Part shown: piece by piece, positions 59,501-64,000 of the stretch | How the letters are laid out: every line of letters starts with the position of its first letter | Numbering within the stretch: position 1 is the first letter of the stretch | Assembly (NCBI GenBank): GCA_002269645.1 | Contig: NIVC01002623.1 | Location: 62,001 to 126,000, forward strand | Length of the DNA stretch: 64,000 bases | Source: Macrostomum lignano | Taxonomy: Eukaryota | Reading direction: 5' to 3' | The notes under the pieces: generated by a model | What the model was told of the DNA's origin: nothing | Database searches by the model: none | Seen by the model: only the letters and a program-made list of their open reading frames with translations | Made by a program: the position numbers and the translations under genes

Positions 59501-59868
59501 GTGACTCGCCGCTGCGGCGTCACGGAGCGAACGGCGTCGCTGGCCAGCAGGCGCCGGGTGGCCTCGGCGGTGAGCGCCGGCGTACAGTTGAAGGCCAGGC
59601 GGAGCAGGTCAAAGTCGCTGGGGTGCTGGGCGGCAGGATTGTCACGTCGGACGGCGCGCCAGGCGCAGGGCAGACCGGCCAGGGCGCCGGAGAGCAGGCA
59701 GGCGCGGGCCTCGTTGCCATGGTAACCGGCGTAGCGGACTATGTACTCGCGCGGCACGGTTTCGGTGGAGAATTCGTAGCGCAGCTCAGAGTCGGTCTGG
59801 TTGCCGCCGCACGCGTAGATCCCTGTTGCCATGGCAACGCACAGCAGGGAGCACAGCGTGAGACGCAT
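53536..59868 (-). CDS. MBTPS1: Membrane-bound transcription factor site-1 protease (S1P/SKI-1, subtilase), 1049 aa; exons 59092-59868, 57750-58475, 55774-56217, 54919-55338, 53536-54318
   Basis: Signal peptide; prodomain ending RRVTRTLH; catalytic motifs [17 protein letters not shown] and GTSVASP; S1P-specific [54 protein letters not shown] and GDSNC; C-terminal TM helix and basic tail. Four phase-0 GT-AG introns give 3150 nt. Confidence 0.97.
54342..54850. repeat. 31-bp minisatellite CAAAATCTCACCCCAATGAAACTACAGGATT in MBTPS1 intron 4
   Basis: About 16 units. Confidence 0.95.
55424..55740. repeat. Two inverted short arrays of an approximately 22-bp unit (TCACTGATTGAGATCCCATCC) in MBTPS1 intron 3
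   Basis: 55424-55520 is the reverse complement of 55645-55740. Confidence 0.8.
56325..57660. repeat. 21-bp minisatellite GCCTCAGTAGCTTCTCCCG(C/T)T in MBTPS1 intron 2
   Basis: About 63 units; source of the 480-aa SVASPAA ORF. Confidence 0.97.
58497..59027. repeat. 33/34-bp minisatellite GTGGTGGACAACTGGGGGAGAGTCGGGAACCAA in MBTPS1 intron 1
   Basis: About 16 units. Confidence 0.95.
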
Positions 59869-60169
59869 GCCGCCCAGTCTCTAGGGGCGAGCGCGCAGGG
59901 AAACTGAAAGAAAGCGCGTCATGACTCGTGCAACAAAAAATTTCTTTAGTAGCTACCCTAGCAATAGCAACCAACGAAATTTCTAGCTCAAAAAGGTAAC
60001 TATTTGTAACAGGGAGGCCTATGTCTAGTTAAAAAAACAAATAATAAGAACATCAACAGTAGGAAACGATACAGAACGCACAGAAACATTGTATATTTAA
60101 TTGATGAAAAATGCTTCGATATAAACGCTGTTTTCAACGACAACCGCGGTTCCTAGGCAGGCATAGAAA

Positions 60170-60375
60170 TCGTCCGAGCAACGGCAACACAGGTAAAGTA
60201 GGAAAGAATTGACTCTGGACAACTCTAAAATAACGAGAAGTGACGGTACAAGTCGCCAAAGAGCTATTTAAGAGTCAATTTGAGGCGTTTTATTGTCTGC
60301 GACTGAGTCACAAGAGTCGCCCCTTGAATCACTAATGAGTTCTTTGCAATTACTCTAGCGATTCCTGTCACGGTA
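60170..60375. mobile_element. Dispersed non-autonomous repeat, shorter copy upstream of MBTPS1
   Basis: Colinear similarity to both ends of 48830-49205 with the middle missing. Confidence 0.55.
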
Positions 60376-60496
60376 ACGTTTTCAATGGGTTTACTAGTAA
60401 GCAACTTTTCATATAGTAGTACGAGTACATTACAGAATATTAACAAAACAGACAACAAAAACGCAAACAACTATTGTACCAAATAAAAATAATACA

Positions 60497-61181
60497 ACCA
60501 GATACTAAAGAGTGCACAGCCTGCACATCCGTTACTCAACACCAGATACTAGAGTGCACAGCTTGCACATCCGTTACTCAACACCAGATACTAGTGTGCA
60601 CAGACTGCACATCCGTTACTCAACACCAGATACTAGTGTGCACAGACTGCACATCCGTTACTCAACACCAGATACTAGTGTGCACAGCCTGCCCATCCGT
60701 TACTCAACACCAGATACTAGTGTGCACAGCCTGCCCATCCGTTACTCAACACCAGATACTAGTGTGCACAGCCTGCCCATCCGTTACTCAACACCAGATA
60801 CTAGTGTGCACAGCCTGCCCATCCGTTACTCAACACCAGATACTAGTGTGCACAGCCTGCCCATCCGTTACTCAACACCAGATACTAGTGCGCACAGCCT
60901 GCCCATCCGTTACTCAACACCAGATACTAGTGTGCACAGCTTGCACATCCGTTACTCAACACCAGATACTAGTGTGCACAGCTTGCACATCCGTTACTCA
61001 ACACCAGATACTAGTGTGCACAGCCTGCCCATCCGTTACTCAACACCAGATACTAGTGCGCACAGCCTGCCCATCCGTTACTCAACACCAGATACTAGTG
61101 TGCACAGCTTGCACATCCGTTACTCAACACCAGATACTAGTGTGCACAGCCTGCCCATCCGTTACTCAACACCAGATACTG
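60497..61181. repeat. 42-bp minisatellite CCATCCGTTACTCAACACCAGATACTAGTGTGCACAGCCTGC
   Basis: About 16 units. Confidence 0.97.
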
Positions 61182-61799
61182 AGATAATGAAACACGTCAA
61201 AAATTACATTTGAAGGCTCAGTTTTGGTTTTGAAATGCATTAGCAACACAAGATCGTCAATAAGATTTTGACAGAGATTTATGCAGTTTAAAGCCTATTA
61301 TTTCTACTGTTAGTAGTGTATTGAATTTTTATTAGTTGCAATTATTTACCGTATTTTCCCTATTTCTACTCAGCAGTAGTACAGAAAATAAATATAAATT
61401 TAAATTAATTTTCTGCTGCTTTTACTGTAAGTAGTGTCAAGAAAATGCTATGCATTGTAAAATGTGTATTCATCTATCTTAAATGACCGAGCATACAGTT
61501 TATTTTTATACAAGCTGTTGAAACCCGCGGATTTTGAACCCGGGGAATTCCAATCCCCGGAACTACTTTTGCATGTATTCTGAAATCTAAGGCCATACAC
61601 AAACAAATTAATGTTAGTAGGATAGAGGTAGACATAAAATGGAGCACATTCGTGTAAAATTAGGGTTTGAGGCAAACATTGATATTGTTGGCTGGGGTAC
61701 TCCGAAGAATGTCAGGCAATGTCTGTTTGACTCTAAAACATGTATTGGCAAACTCTGGCCTCTCCCTGACTCTCCCTACGTCCCTTAGATCCTTTAAAA

Positions 61800-62435
61800 T
61801 TTCTATCGTCTCTTCTGTTTCCTCTCTTCTCTCTCGTCCCTCGTCTTTTCTCTCTCCTCTCTCTTCTCTCCTCTCTTCTCTCGTATCTTCCCTCATCTCT
61901 CTTCTCTTTCATCTCTCTTATCTCATCTCTTGTCTCTTCTCTCTACTCTTTCCTCTCTCTCTCTCTCCTCTCTACTTTTCGTCTTCTCTCTCCTCTCCTC
62001 TCTCCTCTCTACTCTTTCGTTTTCTCTCTCCTCTCTTCTCTCCTATCTTCTTTCGTATCTTCCCTCATCTCTCTTCTCTTTCATATCTGTTATCTCATCT
62101 CTTCCCTCTTCTTTTCTCTCTCCTCTCCTCTCTCCTCTCTCCCCCTCTTCTCTCGTCTCTTCCTTCTCCTCTCTATTCTTTTCTCTCTTCTCTTAACTCT
62201 CTTCTCTACTCTCTCATCTCTCCTCTCTACTCTTTCCTCTCTCTCTCCTCTCTCCCCTCTTCTCTCGTCTCTTCTCTCACCTCTTTCCTCTCATCTCTTT
62301 TCTTGTTTTATCTCTTCTCTCTCCCCTCGTCACTCGTCTCTTCCCTCACCTCTCTTCTCTCTTGTCTGCATTTTTATCTCTCCTTTCTCTTCTTTTATTT
62401 TTTCTCTCTTATCTCTTCGCGTTTCTCTCTGCTCT

Positions 62436-62510
<75 letters not shown>

Positions 62511-63150
62511 TCTCCTCTCCCATCTCTCTTCTCCTCTCTACTCTCTCCCCTCTTCATTCTCCTATTTCCTCTCCTCTCTCCTCTAGTCTCTGTAATCTCT
62601 TCTCTCTTCTCTCTCCTCTGTTCTCTCTACTCTCCCATCTCTCGTCTGTTCACCCTCATCTCTGCTCTCTCATCTGTCATCTTTACTCTCTTATACGTTC
62701 TCTCACTTATCTCCTCTGTACTCTTCTCTTTCACCTCTTCTGACTCCTCTCTTTCCTTACTCCTCTCTTCTTTTCTCTTCCCTCTTCTATACTCTCTTAT
62801 CTCTATCTCTTCTCTTCTCACTCCTCTCTCCCCCTCTTATCTCCTCTCTTCTCTATCCTTTCTACTCTCTCCTCTCCTCTTGACCCTCTGTCATCTTCTT
62901 TCTGCTCTCTCATCTCTACTCTCTTCTCACTCTTCTTTACTCTCCTCTCATCGATCCTCTGTCTCATCTCTCCCCTCTTCTCACCTTTACTCTTTCCTCT
63001 CCCTCCTTTCTCCCCTCCTCTCGCTTCTTCCTCCCTTCTTCTCTGCTCTCTCCTCACCACTTGTCTCTCCTCTTATCTTCCATGTTTTCTCTTACCCCCC
63101 TCTCGCCTCTCCTCTCTTCTAATCTCTTCTTCTTCTATCTCGTCTACCGG
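61800..63150. repeat. CT-rich low-complexity tract including (CT)n at about 62440-62506
   Basis: Near-pure polypyrimidine strand. Confidence 0.92.
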
Positions 63151-64000
63151 TATTCCTTCTCCTTTCCACTCTCATCTGGCCCGCACATAAGCTGGATTCT
63201 TTATCTGGCTTTTGAAGTAAAAGTCTGCCGATCCCTGCTTCGAAAGCCAGTTTGTGGGACGTACTACTCTCATCGTTATTCTCATGCTTTGATCACGTCA
63301 TCTTTCTTGCCAATTTGCAGCCCTGAAAGGAATTTGTGTATCTTCAGCTCCACTGCAGTCTGCATCAGTCTAACAACCAAGGAAATACGCATTTCTTAGG
63401 CCATTTAAATTTCAAAGTACTTTTAAGAGAAACTTAAAATTTCCATGGTGTGCCTAATTTAGTAGGGTTGTATTTCATTGCATCGCATCGCCTTTTCATA
63501 AATATTTCGCTTTTACAAACCATGCTTGATTGCCTCGATTTGCCAATTGCCATCCACTGTTAAACTGCTGCAGAGTTTGCCTATACAGAGGGGAGGGCAG
63601 TGGTTAGAATTTCTCACTAAACTGTTATGGCTAAACGTAGCCTCTCCACTCTCGGGGTGCGAGATTGCAAGAAGGCTATAAATAAAGTTATTCCAAAACA
63701 CTGTACATTTGCTATGTACATTCAGTCCTATCGCCTGACCCTTCGTCTGGCTCTGGGGGAATGAGTGAGTGAGTGGCACAAACAACAGAAAAAGCAGACA
63801 AACTTCACATGCTTACAGTTTCTTTTTCGGTTGAGTTACAGAGTTGAAACTTTACATTTAGATAGAGAATGAGTCAATGAAGAATTGTGTCAAGTTTAAA
63901 GTCAATCGCTTTACGTGGAGCAAACTTATGGCAGCTGAAAGTTAGTCAATTTTGAAACCCTTTTACACATCTGGGCCCAGATCGGAAAAGAGAGGCAGGC

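Noticed and set aside
24262-61181. 28-45-bp repeats resembling CRISPR direct repeats
   Set aside because: Units are head-to-tail with no unique spacers, there are no cas genes, and the context is eukaryotic.
1940-61213. Many long repetitive ORFs (HLTLPL, MRASANA, GHARHT, SHSPAIPV, MTSGVTSV, CTACPSVTQH etc.)
   Set aside because: All coincide with minisatellites and are open in several frames or on both strands; no domain content.

Overview
Eukaryotic (animal) genomic DNA with spliceosomal GT-AG introns, GC-rich exons and about 35 separate minisatellite arrays. The style is reminiscent of the flatworm Macrostomum, but that is inference only. The left half (about 1-31.6 kb) is a gene-poor regulatory domain around a 3-exon NK2.1/scarecrow homeobox gene on the + strand. 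The right half holds four co-oriented minus-strand genes: site-1 protease MBTPS1 (5 exons, 1049 aa), an RBBP6/Mpe1 homolog (7 exons, 773 aa), an intact prokaryote-like class I SAM methyltransferase (2 exons, 275 aa), and a tandem paralog of it with an in-frame 324-bp deletion. The most notable signals are: (1) a probable horizontally acquired, intron-bearing, tandemly duplicated methyltransferase with mosaic identity between copies; (2) 13 of 14 introns filled by their own distinct tandem array, with different arrays in the paralogous intron; (3) inverted (foldback-like) minisatellite pairs; (4) poly-G/poly-C runs, TGATTGACAG decamers and NK2 sites concentrated in the NK2.1 domain. Gene models were built by hand from ORFs, splice signals and reading-frame continuity. 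No searches were run, family assignments come from recalled motifs, and repeat boundaries are approximate.
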